From Candidatus Berkelbacteria bacterium RIFCSPLOWO2_01_FULL_50_28 (lineage in GTDB: Bacteria > Patescibacteriota > UBA1384 > 2-12-FULL-50-11), in contig MEZX01000003.1 in NCBI GenBank assembly GCA_001774395.1, forward strand, positions 9,903 through 73,902: a DNA stretch of 64,000 bases. The letters are read 5' to 3'. Positions 46,160 to 55,667 of this stretch are shown piece by piece. The notes beneath the pieces were generated by a model. It was not told the origin of the DNA and ran no database searches. It saw nothing but the letters and a program-made list of their open reading frames with translations. Position 1 is the stretch's first letter, and each line of letters starts with the position of its first letter. A program made the position numbers and the translations under genes.

Positions 46160-48157
46160 TTATTTTTTTAAAATCCTCACGATACCATTATCAGCATCTA
46201 CCTCAATCTCGTTCCCATCTCTGAGTAATTTTGTGGCGACTTTGGTACCGACGATACAAGGCTTGTTCATTTCTCTTGAAACAATCGCAGCATGAGAAGT
46301 TAAGCCGCCTTCGTCTGTAATAAATGCCGCTGCTTTTTTCATCGCCGGCAAATACTTAGGCATAGTCATCGCTGCGACCAAAATATCTCCCTCCTTAACT
46401 TTCGGAAGGTCTCGTGTGCTTGAAACGATTCTTACGATACCCTTGGCTTGGCCTTTGTTTGCTACCTGTCCTTTTATTTCATTCTCTGTTACTTCTGCTT
46501 TTCCAGATATCACAGATTCTTCTTCCTCTAGAATTATTCCTAATTTTTCAAGATTATCGTCTAAATTGCCAGTAAAGATTTCGTTTTTGTAAAATATGAA
46601 TCCTCGTTTCCTCTCTTCTATTTTGGAGATGATATCTTCACTCTCTATCTCACCGCTCCATATTTCTTCTGGTAAAACGAAACGTGCACTATCTTTGATT
46701 TGGGGGAAGCTTGCTTCCATAAATTCTTTGAAAACCGCTTCTGGCGTTTCGTTATATTCTTGAGTTTGGCTTCTTGCTGCATAGGCCAGATGCTTTAACT
46801 CCTCATCTACCGGCAAAGCCGGAATCATAAAAACTACTCCGATATAAGCCCAAATTGAAGCATATCTTTCTTGAAATTGTCTTAGTTCCTCAACATTTTC
46901 TAGGAGTTTTTCTCCAGTGAAATATTTTTTTAACTCTTTGAAGCTAGAAATAAAACTTTCAATTTTTTCTGACATCCTGTTCTTATCACTACTGTTTTGT
47001 ATCACTGCGCCAAAAAGCCTTTTTAGCTCTATTGGCTCATAGTAAATCTCCACCAGATCCTCACCGCGATACACTGCACACGCTTCCTCCACTGACTCCC
47101 CTATGATTTTAGGAAGCTCTTGATTCATCGCCCGATACCACGTCGCCACACGGAACAGGGAGTACTCCCTTGCATGTTCTTTGGTAAATTTTCTTTTCAA
47201 GCGGGGCTCGGTTTTCCTGAGAGTGGTTATGGGTCTACTTTGGACAATATAGAATTTGCCTTGCTCAAATGCCCATTCAACGTCAACGGGAAAGCCGTAG
47301 TGCTTTTCAATGCTAATTACTTTTTCCGAAAGCTCTAGGATTTCCTTATCGGACAAAGCTTGTTTTTTTCCTTTTTCTTTTGGAATATCGTGCCATTCAT
47401 TGCCTCCGCTTTTGGCGCGATAAAATCCTCGTGATTGTGTTTGAATATTTTTGTCTATAATCCGTAGAGGTTGTTTTTCTACAACATAACTATCGGGCGT
47501 AATTTGTCCTGAAACGATTGCTTCGCCAAGCCCGAACCCTGCTTCAATAATGAGCTGGTTTCTGTCCTGTGTTACTGGATGAACGGAAAAAGCGATGCCC
47601 GATTTTTCGCTCTCAACCATTTTTTGTACAACAACGGCGACGGATATTTTTTGCTTGTGTAATTTTTTTTCAAAGCGGTAGAAAATGGCACGTGACGTGA
47701 ATAATGAAGCCCAACAGCTTTTCACATTATCAAGTAAATTTTCTTCCGTAGTATTGAGGTAACTCTCCAGCTGTCCCGCCCACGCCGCATTGGCAGAATC
47801 TTCTGCAGTAGCCGAAGACCTAACCGCCACATATTTTGCACCGAGGTTATCGAAGAATTTTTGGATTTCGCTTGTTAAATCCTCTGATATCTTTGCCCCG
47901 AGAATAAGCGCTTCGATTTTTTCCGAAGCGTTTTCAACACTATGAAGTTCTTTGTGATTGACCGAATCTAGAATTGACTCAATTTCAATATCTAGATTTG
48001 ATTCTTCTAAGAATTTTTCAAATGCGTTAGCAAGGATTACAAAACCCGGCGGCACAAGGATGCCCGACTGTGTCATTTCGCCAAGCGAAGCTCCTTTCCC
48101 TCCAGCTAGAGAAACATCATTCTTGTTGATCTTATTGAAATTACGTAGGAATCCCAT
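46160..48157 (-). CDS. PEP-synthase-like ATP-grasp plus C-terminal phospho-His swivel protein
   Basis: GGKGASLGEM, AVRSSATAEDS, VQSRPITT, TDEGGLTSHAAIVSRE; no pyruvate-binding barrel. Confidence 0.85.
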   Translation of the reverse strand: MGFLRNFNKINKNDVSLAGGKGASLGEMTQSGILVPPGFVILANAFEKFLEESNLDIEIESILDSVNHKELHSVENASEKIEALILGAKISEDLTSEIQKFFDNLGAKYVAVRSSATAEDSANAAWAGQLESYLNTTEENLLDNVKSCWASLFTSRAIFYRFEKKLHKQKISVAVVVQKMVESEKSGIAFSVHPVTQDRNQLIIEAGFGLGEAIVSGQITPDSYVVEKQPLRIIDKNIQTQSRGFYRAKSGGNEWHDIPKEKGKKQALSDKEILELSEKVISIEKHYGFPVDVEWAFEQGKFYIVQSRPITTLRKTEPRLKRKFTKEHAREYSLFRVATWYRAMNQELPKIIGESVEEACAVYRGEDLVEIYYEPIELKRLFGAVIQNSSDKNRMSEKIESFISSFKELKKYFTGEKLLENVEELRQFQERYASIWAYIGVVFMIPALPVDEELKHLAYAARSQTQEYNETPEAVFKEFMEASFPQIKDSARFVLPEEIWSGEIESEDIISKIEERKRGFIFYKNEIFTGNLDDNLEKLGIILEEEESVISGKAEVTENEIKGQVANKGQAKGIVRIVSSTRDLPKVKEGDILVAAMTMPKYLPAMKKAAAFITDEGGLTSHAAIVSREMNKPCIVGTKVATKLLRDGNEIEVDADNGIVRILKK

Positions 48158-48282
48158 TTGATTGACATTCTATCAGTTTTTCGCCGCCACACATTCTGGC
48201 GAGCGGGCAAAACTCTGTGGCAATGTTTATCACGGTAGATAACCCTAGAACATCCCGAAAAAATCGGTATACTGATTTCACG

Positions 48283-48660
48283 ATGCCGCGGCCGATTAGA
48301 ATCATTTTATTAGTCGCCTTTCTGCTCCTCGTTGGTGGAATAATTTGGGGCGTCGTTGCTAGTCGCGACAGCAAAAAAGCTGCAATGACAAACACATCAA
48401 AAGACAAAAACCTCATCGGTACGCCGGTGACGAGAACCACAGAACCTAAGACCACGAAAAACAAAAACAAGACCGTGTCCAAAAAGCCCATTCGATCCCT
48501 CGACCTTGCTCGCGGTAAACAGGATAAACAGGTCGCGAAACGGTTTGTCTGGATTATTACTACTTACGAAGAAATCTACGAAGTGTCGTTTAGCGAAGCC
48601 TCGGCTTCCGCCGGAGTAAGCTCCGATGGTTCAGCCTGGGCCGTAGCCCAAGCTTGGTAG
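48283..48660 (+). CDS. Hypothetical membrane-anchored protein
   Basis: TATACT upstream; N-terminal TM. Confidence 0.6.
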   Translation: MPRPIRIILLVAFLLLVGGIIWGVVASRDSKKAAMTNTSKDKNLIGTPVTRTTEPKTTKNKNKTVSKKPIRSLDLARGKQDKQVAKRFVWIITTYEEIYEVSFSEASASAGVSSDGSAWAVAQAW

Positions 48661-48699
48661 ATCCTTTTTGTTCTTCACACACCCAACAGGAGGCCCAAC

Positions 48700-49305
48700 A
48701 TGGCCCGTCCCGCATTAAAGCAGATTCTTACCGGTACAATGACAGTTCTGCGCTCCGTGGTAAGCAAACCGTTCGACTTGGGAGACAAGACTTCAGCCCT
48801 TGAGTCTCTATCGCGCAAATACGTCCGATTGGTGCTGACGCGAAAGAAGATCGAGGGATACGAGGAGGAAGCCAAGAAGGAGATGATCGCGCTGCTTGGA
48901 CCGCTTGCCGACCACGTTGTTGAGATTTCCCTCATATACCGCCGAAAGCGGATAAGCCGCGTCGCCTGGTGGATGAATCGCTTCAAGTACAATATCGATG
49001 CGCTTTGGGATCGCCTCAAGTATGGGCACGAAGAAGCTTTCTATGACAACGTCAAGGAGGGTACAGCTTTCCGGATCGTTGTCCCGACGACACAACGAAC
49101 GAGAAAGCTAACCATCCAACGGTTTGAGCAGTTTATTCGGCAAGGCTTTCCCGGGGCCGACATAACGGCCTTTGCCCACTCCGACTTGGAAGTGATCGTC
49201 GATGAAGCAGGTCTTACCAATTACGCCGCAGAGCACAACATATCACTTTCGGGCACACGCAAGGCGGTCTACAACCTTTCCGTCAGCACCGACAAGCTCG
49301 AGTGA
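48700..49305 (+). CDS. Hypothetical protein
   Basis: AGGAGG SD; hairpin GTCCCAGC..GCTGGGAC after the stop. Confidence 0.65.
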   Translation: MARPALKQILTGTMTVLRSVVSKPFDLGDKTSALESLSRKYVRLVLTRKKIEGYEEEAKKEMIALLGPLADHVVEISLIYRRKRISRVAWWMNRFKYNIDALWDRLKYGHEEAFYDNVKEGTAFRIVVPTTQRTRKLTIQRFEQFIRQGFPGADITAFAHSDLEVIVDEAGLTNYAAEHNISLSGTRKAVYNLSVSTDKLE

Positions 49306-49352
49306 ACAGCCAATCTCCGCTTCCGTCCCAGCCTCGCGGCTGGGACACTATG

Positions 49353-51149
49353 TTATCTGCGCAATAGTTCCACAAACACGTTAGACGGGACTTCGACGCG
49401 GCCGAGCAGGCGCATTTTTTTCTTACCTTTTTTCTGTTTATCGAGCAGTTTGTTTTTGCGCGTAACATCGCCGCCGTAGAGCTTGGCAGTCACGTCTTTG
49501 CGCAGGGCCGAAATATCGGCCCGAGCCAAAATTTTAGCGCCGATGGCCGCCTGAATTGAAACTTCGAAGCTCTGACGAGGAACTAGCTCTTTCAAGCGAC
49601 TGACCATATGGCGACCGAACGCCAATGATTTTTCGCGAATTACCTGATGCGATAGAGCGTCCACTGTTTCGCCACCGATTAGCAGATCGACGGTGACCAA
49701 ATCCGCTGGCCGATACTCTTTGAACTGATAATCCATTGAGGCGTAGCCGCTGGTAGTGCCCTTTAACCGATCATAAAAATCAACGATGATTTCAGACAGT
49801 GGCGCATCAAAATAGGCGATAAGCTGTTCGCCAACGTACTCAACGTTTAGAAAAACACAGCGGCTCTGCGCAGCCAGCTCCGAAACCGGGCCGAAGTAAT
49901 TTTTCGGCGCCACAATTTCTAAGCCCACCCACGGCTCGAGCGACGTTTCACCATCTTTTTGGTAGGCGACAGTGGGAGTGGTAACTAGAACGGTAATATC
50001 AAACTCGCGCTCCAAACGCTCTTTAATAATTTCCAAATGGAGCAGCCCCAAAAAACCGATCGTGTAGCCCGGTCCAAGAGCTTTGGAATATATCGGTTCG
50101 TAAGTTAGCGAGGCATCGGTCAGCTTCAGTTTGCCAAGTGCCACCCCTAGCAAAGATTCTTTTTCCGGCTCGGGAAAGAACGATGCGTAGACCATCGAGC
50201 GGACGGTTTTGTAACCCGGCAGTGGCCCAACGTCGCTATTTTGCGCGACGATTGTGTCACCGACGCGGCAATCAGCGACTTTCTTTAATCCGGTGGCGAC
50301 GTAGCCAATTTCGCCGTTGGCCATTCTTGGAGTTTCAACCCGTTTAAGCTGCAGATAACCCACCTGCTCCGCTTTAAAATCGACGCCGGCAACGCCCATT
50401 TTCAACATCTCGCCCTTGTTAAGAGAGCCATCGACTACTTTGACGTAGGCGACCACGCCCAAGAATTGATCAAAAAACGAATCGAATACTAACGCGCGGG
50501 TCGGCTTATCGGCATTGTTGGCCGGTGCGGGAACTCGTCTGACGATCTCCTCCAACAGCTCGTCCACCCCTTCGCCGGTTTTGCCGGAAACGAATATAAT
50601 CTCCTCCAAATCGCAGCCAAGCAGGTCCATTAAGGCTTTAGCGGTGTCTTCGGTCTGTGCCGTCGGTAGATCAATCTTGTTAACTACTGGAATAACTTTT
50701 AGGCCCAAGTCACGCACCAAGTTCAAATTAGTAATCGTTTGGGCCTGGACTCCCTGGCTGGCGTCAACCAGCAAAATTACTCCTTCAACCGCGGCGAGCG
50801 AGCGGGAAACTTCGTAACCGAAATCGACGTGGCCGGGAGTATCAATCAGATTCAACTGATAACCAGTCGAATCCGCAGTTTTCAATTCACAATTTTCAAT
50901 TTTCATATTTTGAGAATTGTTTAGGATTTCGGATTTAGGATTTAGAGTTTGCGTATGTTTTGCTTTGTAAAACATACGCGCCGGGTTTAGTTTGATCGTG
51001 ATGCCGCGCTCGCGCTCTAACTCCATTGTGTCGAGTAGCTGCTCACCCGAGCCAACTTTAACCGCACCAGTTTTTTCTAGCAGTCGATCGGCAAGGGTAG
51101 ATTTTCCGTGGTCCACATGGGCAACGATACAGAAGTTCCTTACTTGCAT
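49353..51149 (-). CDS. lepA: Elongation factor 4 with in-frame repeat-derived insertion
   Basis: RNFCIVAHVDHGKSTLADRLL, LNLIDTPGHVDF, RKDVTAKLYGGDVTRK. Confidence 0.97.
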   Translation of the reverse strand: MQVRNFCIVAHVDHGKSTLADRLLEKTGAVKVGSGEQLLDTMELERERGITIKLNPARMFYKAKHTQTLNPKSEILNNSQNMKIENCELKTADSTGYQLNLIDTPGHVDFGYEVSRSLAAVEGVILLVDASQGVQAQTITNLNLVRDLGLKVIPVVNKIDLPTAQTEDTAKALMDLLGCDLEEIIFVSGKTGEGVDELLEEIVRRVPAPANNADKPTRALVFDSFFDQFLGVVAYVKVVDGSLNKGEMLKMGVAGVDFKAEQVGYLQLKRVETPRMANGEIGYVATGLKKVADCRVGDTIVAQNSDVGPLPGYKTVRSMVYASFFPEPEKESLLGVALGKLKLTDASLTYEPIYSKALGPGYTIGFLGLLHLEIIKERLEREFDITVLVTTPTVAYQKDGETSLEPWVGLEIVAPKNYFGPVSELAAQSRCVFLNVEYVGEQLIAYFDAPLSEIIVDFYDRLKGTTSGYASMDYQFKEYRPADLVTVDLLIGGETVDALSHQVIREKSLAFGRHMVSRLKELVPRQSFEVSIQAAIGAKILARADISALRKDVTAKLYGGDVTRKNKLLDKQKKGKKKMRLLGRVEVPSNVFVELLRR

Positions 51150-51955
51150 CGTTGTTGAATGTTTGCCAAGCAAAGTTCTACTTGACGTTTTCTAGTTTGA
51201 TGTAGGAGATGGGGATTGATCATATCAATAAATAGTTTTAGAGAGGCTGCCTCATTAACGTTAATTCGCCACAAGTCTTGATTGATGGGTTTTCCGCCAG
51301 GCCACTTAGATCCCGCTACGGCGATTCTTCGCAGTATAGAACTAACCCCCCTCCTTATCAAGAAGTCATGGATATTCATCAGAATCTTTTTGTCGTAAGA
51401 ATCAATCTTGAATCGGGCACGCCCCTGGTTGAGAATGAAATTTCCTTCGGCGTCAGTATAGCCCGCGATGTACGACTGAAAAGTCTTGTTTGATGATAGG
51501 AGCCAGCACGGCATTTGCTTCTTCTCGGTAACTAAAAAAAGGAAAGTCCGGTTCAAGTAACAGTTGACGTGAAAACCGTTGGATTCTGATCTAGAAACAC
51601 TTACCCTTCCGTAGCGTGAAAAGACTTCTTCCAGAATTACTACTTGCACTTCTTGGGTAGTATGACAACGGGCAACCACGGTTTGCTCTCCGGGAAGTGT
51701 GTAAGTGTTCAAATCTCCATCGGTCAGTCCGAGCATATAAGCTTTCTCGGTTACATTTCCAGAGAAGTTAGCCCTGGGGAATCTTATCCTCGCCTGGCTC
51801 GCTGATTTACGAGGTATTGCCAATTCCCTAATTCGGTTGATTACGGTCATTGGGTCACAACTATAAATCCTGGCAATTTTTATTGTTGACAGACCCTCCT
51901 CCCAGTAAAGTTTTTCTAGAACCCTTTTTGGGATATTGATTTTGGTTCTGCTCAT
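51140..51955 (-). CDS. Free-standing LAGLIDADG endonuclease with N-terminal HTH
   Basis: YMLGLTDGDL and YIAGYTDAEG motifs; LEKLYWEEGLSTIKIA HTH. Confidence 0.88.
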   Translation of the reverse strand: MSRTKINIPKRVLEKLYWEEGLSTIKIARIYSCDPMTVINRIRELAIPRKSASQARIRFPRANFSGNVTEKAYMLGLTDGDLNTYTLPGEQTVVARCHTTQEVQVVILEEVFSRYGRVSVSRSESNGFHVNCYLNRTFLFLVTEKKQMPCWLLSSNKTFQSYIAGYTDAEGNFILNQGRARFKIDSYDKKILMNIHDFLIRRGVSSILRRIAVAGSKWPGGKPINQDLWRINVNEAASLKLFIDMINPHLLHQTRKRQVELCLANIQQRCK

Positions 51956-52118
51956 TTATATATCTATATGATAGCACAATTCATGGCAGAAACTTCACAG
52001 TATTTCACTCAGCACTAGTTAGTGCGAGTTAGGACCCACCAAAAAACGCCGAGAACTAACGCCAATAGTAAAAACAGCCCGACCAAACAGCCCCAGCTGT
52101 TGCGATGCCGATAACGAT

Positions 52119-53732
52119 CTACTTCGGTATAGAAGCCGCCCGGTTGGGATGAATTATTCGCCATTGTTCCAGTTTAAACACCTTACTCCACACAAAATAG
52201 AAAGCCAGTCCTACACTCAGAGCGAAGATGATTTCAACTAAGTTCTGCGCTGACGCTTTCGGCGTTAAGCTGTGCGAAAGCGTGGGGGCAAGGAGGTAGG
52301 TAACGCGAATAACCAACGCAAAAATTATCGAGCCCAACGCTACCAACGGGAAGTTAACCCGCCCCTCTTCATCGGACCAGATCAAGCTTATCGGAAGCTT
52401 CAAGCTAACCCACAACGCGACGGCGTTAACGGTAGAGCCAACGGAAAACGCCAGCGCCAGTCCGGCGGCACCAAGATCGGTCTGCCGAGCGAGCAACAAT
52501 GCCAGAGCCCAGGCAACGGCAATCGAAAACAGGCTGATAACCGTCGGGCGAACGGTATTACCCCGAGCAAAATATACTCGCGCCAGCAAGAGAATACAGC
52601 CCTGGAAGAATAGTGAGACGACGAAGAATTGAAATGTTCGAGTTGCCAGAGCTAGTTCGTGTGAACCGATACTGTGCCCAACACTAATGTAGAGATCGAT
52701 AACCTGTCCGCTGGAAAACAGCAGGAATATTGTTACCGGTAAAAATATAAAGAGGATTAACCGTAGGGCCTTGCCGATAAGCTGGCGAAATTCTGAGTCT
52801 TTGCCCAGCGAAACATGGCGAGCGAAATCTGGCAGCACCGCCATCGCCAACGTATTGGCAAGAAGCAGAACTGGCGCTGTCTGCAGGTCGTCGGTTAGCC
52901 GATAAATTGCGATAGATCCCGCTTCAAAGTGAGACGCAATGCGGTAAAACGCCAACAGCAGCATTTGATTGCCGGTCAGCGACAGAGCCCGCGGTATCAT
53001 CAAACGGATCACCCGCCGAACGTGAGCATCGACTATCGAGAGCTGAAAACGGAACTTCCAACCCAGGCCGATGAGCGTTGGCAGCTGCACCAGAACGTGA
53101 GCCACGGCACCCAAAATAACCCCCAAAACTAACGCCGGTAATCCAAAGCGCGGGATGAGCATTGCTCCAGCAATAATGGCGATGTTATAAATCAACGGGG
53201 ACAGAGCTGAGGCCAAAAAATAGCGCTTCGCCTGCAGGGCCGAACTAATCAGCTGCGAAACGGTAAAAAGTAACGGACTTAAGAGAAGAATCTTTGCCAG
53301 GCTTGTTGTCGCGGCAACGTCGGCGTTGGCAAACCCAGGCAAGATGGCATTCACAAAGAAGGGCATGGCCGCAAATAGAACCACCATCGCGATAGTGATT
53401 GCGACAAATCCCGTCGAAATTAAAGTGTTAAAGGCCCGCCAAAATTTTTCCTGGTCTCCCTTTGTGTCGAGCTCCACCAGTAACGGCACGACGGCCGAAG
53501 ATAGGGCACCGACGATAATAAAGTTGTAGAAAAGATCCGGCAAGGCAAATGCAGCGTAGTAACTGTCAAGCGGCCCGATAGTGCCGTAAGTTACACCAAC
53601 CCGGTTGGCTATAACAATGTTTCGCACAAGACCCAACACACTACCAACAAGCGAGGTAACAAACAGTATCCCCACCGCCTGTTTCAGGCCATTACTGCGG
53701 TGCATCAGGCTCGTGAGGCTACGAACGCTCAT
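52119..53732 (-). CDS. murJ: Lipid II flippase MurJ/MviN
   Basis: LGLVR..A, D.YYAAFALPD, GALSSA.VP, P..YN..II. Confidence 0.9.
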   Translation of the reverse strand: MSVRSLTSLMHRSNGLKQAVGILFVTSLVGSVLGLVRNIVIANRVGVTYGTIGPLDSYYAAFALPDLFYNFIIVGALSSAVVPLLVELDTKGDQEKFWRAFNTLISTGFVAITIAMVVLFAAMPFFVNAILPGFANADVAATTSLAKILLLSPLLFTVSQLISSALQAKRYFLASALSPLIYNIAIIAGAMLIPRFGLPALVLGVILGAVAHVLVQLPTLIGLGWKFRFQLSIVDAHVRRVIRLMIPRALSLTGNQMLLLAFYRIASHFEAGSIAIYRLTDDLQTAPVLLLANTLAMAVLPDFARHVSLGKDSEFRQLIGKALRLILFIFLPVTIFLLFSSGQVIDLYISVGHSIGSHELALATRTFQFFVVSLFFQGCILLLARVYFARGNTVRPTVISLFSIAVAWALALLLARQTDLGAAGLALAFSVGSTVNAVALWVSLKLPISLIWSDEEGRVNFPLVALGSIIFALVIRVTYLLAPTLSHSLTPKASAQNLVEIIFALSVGLAFYFVWSKVFKLEQWRIIHPNRAASIPK

Positions 53733-55048
53733 CAGCGGCTACGCGCTAATTTCCATAACAACGCCGTCAAGACAGCCAGAAGAGCCAGCAGACCGATCAG
53801 AGTTGCCACTACGTTTTCACTTAAGCTTAGGATGAATTGATTACCGCTGGTCGCTTCTTTGGCGATTAGGTCAGGATCGAATATCACCGCTTGGCTGCCT
53901 ACTTCCTGGTTACCGTTGGTTGCAGAGATAACAACGGCATGGCGATTCGTCCCAGTGTACTCAACCGTTGCCTGATACAACCCATCCACTTCCGAGAGCG
54001 GTAGAATTTTTACCTCCCCACGCGAGGCTTTTAGCGATAAGGTTTTTTGCAGATTTCCGAGCAGATTGCCCTCATCGTCCTTGGCCGTAATATAGACCTT
54101 CACTTGATCCCTGGCGGTGGCCGGAAAAACTTGAAACGAGTACTGATCGACATTGAGGTTCCGACTGATCGCCACCGTCTGAAAGCTCTTTACCGCTCCC
54201 AGCAGCTTACTGCTTCCCTGCGAATCGGTTGTCGCAACCTGATAGTAATATGTTTTAGCGCTCTCCAGGCCGGAGAGCTTCAAGGCATGATACATCGAGG
54301 AAGAGCTACTTTCGACAGAACCAGAGAGCGATGAAGTCAAGCCAAAGTTTACGACCACCCTGCCAGAAAACTGTAATTTCACCAGAACGATAGCCGCCTG
54401 CGGTAGGGCAATCTCATCGGTTGAGACCAAACGCTGCAGACCAAAGCCCGAGTTTGTCGGGGTCGGCTCGGTGCTCTCACTTGCTACGATCGGACTGGCA
54501 CCCGACGGTGCAATCGTTAGCACCGAATTCTGAACCGAATTAAGCGCGTTATAGACCGCTGTGGCGTCGCTGGTCATCAATGCAATTGCACTCCGCGTTG
54601 GGTCAATCTTGATCTCGGCCGGACCGTTCTTTAAAGGTCGGAAAACAAATGTGGCGAAGACTGAGCGCGTAGATAAGCTTGATACTGCCGCACCGCTAGG
54701 AACAGCTACCCAAAAGACCGTGCCCGGACTTTTATCAATTTTGGCAGTCGTCCAGCCCGAGGACGGTTTGACTGAATCTAATGATAGGGCGGTGGGGTCG
54801 TAGTCGATGCTGACTTGAATGCCCGCCCCCAAGGAAGAGGCATCAAAATCTGACTGCAACACAAGAGAGAGCGGTTTGCCGAGCGGGGCAACTAACGTTG
54901 TTGGAGTAAAGTGCAGAGCGCCGTTCACAGACTCCGCCTTGAAGACAATTCGTTGCAGAATCGCTGAGCCAACAAGTAAAATCACGGTGATTATAACGAC
55001 GATCGTAAAAACCAGTCGCTCCGACCGGAGAGGTGTCCGGGCTTTCAT
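53732..55048 (-). CDS. Surface protein with cohesin-like, FN3/PAP-N-like and Ig-like domains and C-terminal TM
   Basis: AGIQVSIDYDP..L, ATFVFRPLKNG.A.I (cohesin-like); H.LKLSGL..AKTYYYQV. Confidence 0.65.
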   Translation of the reverse strand: MKARTPLRSERLVFTIVVIITVILLVGSAILQRIVFKAESVNGALHFTPTTLVAPLGKPLSLVLQSDFDASSLGAGIQVSIDYDPTALSLDSVKPSSGWTTAKIDKSPGTVFWVAVPSGAAVSSLSTRSVFATFVFRPLKNGPAEIKIDPTRSAIALMTSDATAVYNALNSVQNSVLTIAPSGASPIVASESTEPTPTNSGFGLQRLVSTDEIALPQAAIVLVKLQFSGRVVVNFGLTSSLSGSVESSSSSMYHALKLSGLESAKTYYYQVATTDSQGSSKLLGAVKSFQTVAISRNLNVDQYSFQVFPATARDQVKVYITAKDDEGNLLGNLQKTLSLKASRGEVKILPLSEVDGLYQATVEYTGTNRHAVVISATNGNQEVGSQAVIFDPDLIAKEATSGNQFILSLSENVVATLIGLLALLAVLTALLWKLARSR

Positions 55049-55590
55049 AAAACGTTCTCCGCCCAAGGTTGACCATCCGGCCGCGTTTCGCCCACTTTTT
55101 TACCAATTCTTACCAGCGCCAGATCGATTACATCAATCCGACCATCGGCATTGATATCCGTTGCACTGTTGGAATCTGGCGGTAGAGCAAGCCGGCTACG
55201 AACTATCTTTTCGTCGCGTCCATCGATTGAATTATCACCCGTCACGTCGCCCACAGTAATTGCCAGTCGATTCGCTTCGTCAACACGGAGGGCTAGTTTG
55301 CCGGCGAGGACGCGGGCAACTTTAATAGTAACTGTTTGAGCTTCTAACCCAACCAAACTATCGGCTGCGATAAACCGGCAGGCGTTAACTTGTTGCATGG
55401 CGTCAAGCACTACTCTGTTATCGTTATCGGTAGCAACTATCCACGCCTCTTTCGGGCAGAACTGTCCGGGCAGATTTGTTAGCTCTACCGTAGTTGCTAC
55501 ATCGTCGTCCCTCGTCCAGAACAAAATCCCGCCGACCAACGCCAAGACAGCAACTAACAGCACCGCCCCAGTCAATCTGTTGCCTTTCAT
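55045..55590 (-). CDS. Dockerin type I domain protein
   Basis: GDVTGDNSIDGRD and TDINADGRIDVIDL duplicated Ca-binding loops. Confidence 0.8.
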   Translation of the reverse strand: MKGNRLTGAVLLVAVLALVGGILFWTRDDDVATTVELTNLPGQFCPKEAWIVATDNDNRVVLDAMQQVNACRFIAADSLVGLEAQTVTIKVARVLAGKLALRVDEANRLAITVGDVTGDNSIDGRDEKIVRSRLALPPDSNSATDINADGRIDVIDLALVRIGKKVGETRPDGQPWAENVL

Positions 55591-55667
55591 AAGCTAAGCC
55601 TACCACAGGAGCGGCCAAGGCGTCACTGACGGTGACGGATTGATACATTTCAGGCTACGATGGAAAG

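Noticed and set aside
40740-50965. Heptamer repeats as products of the RT at 11173
   Set aside because: The candidate template would give a GGATCGAAA 9-mer, which matches none of the heptamer or octamer units.
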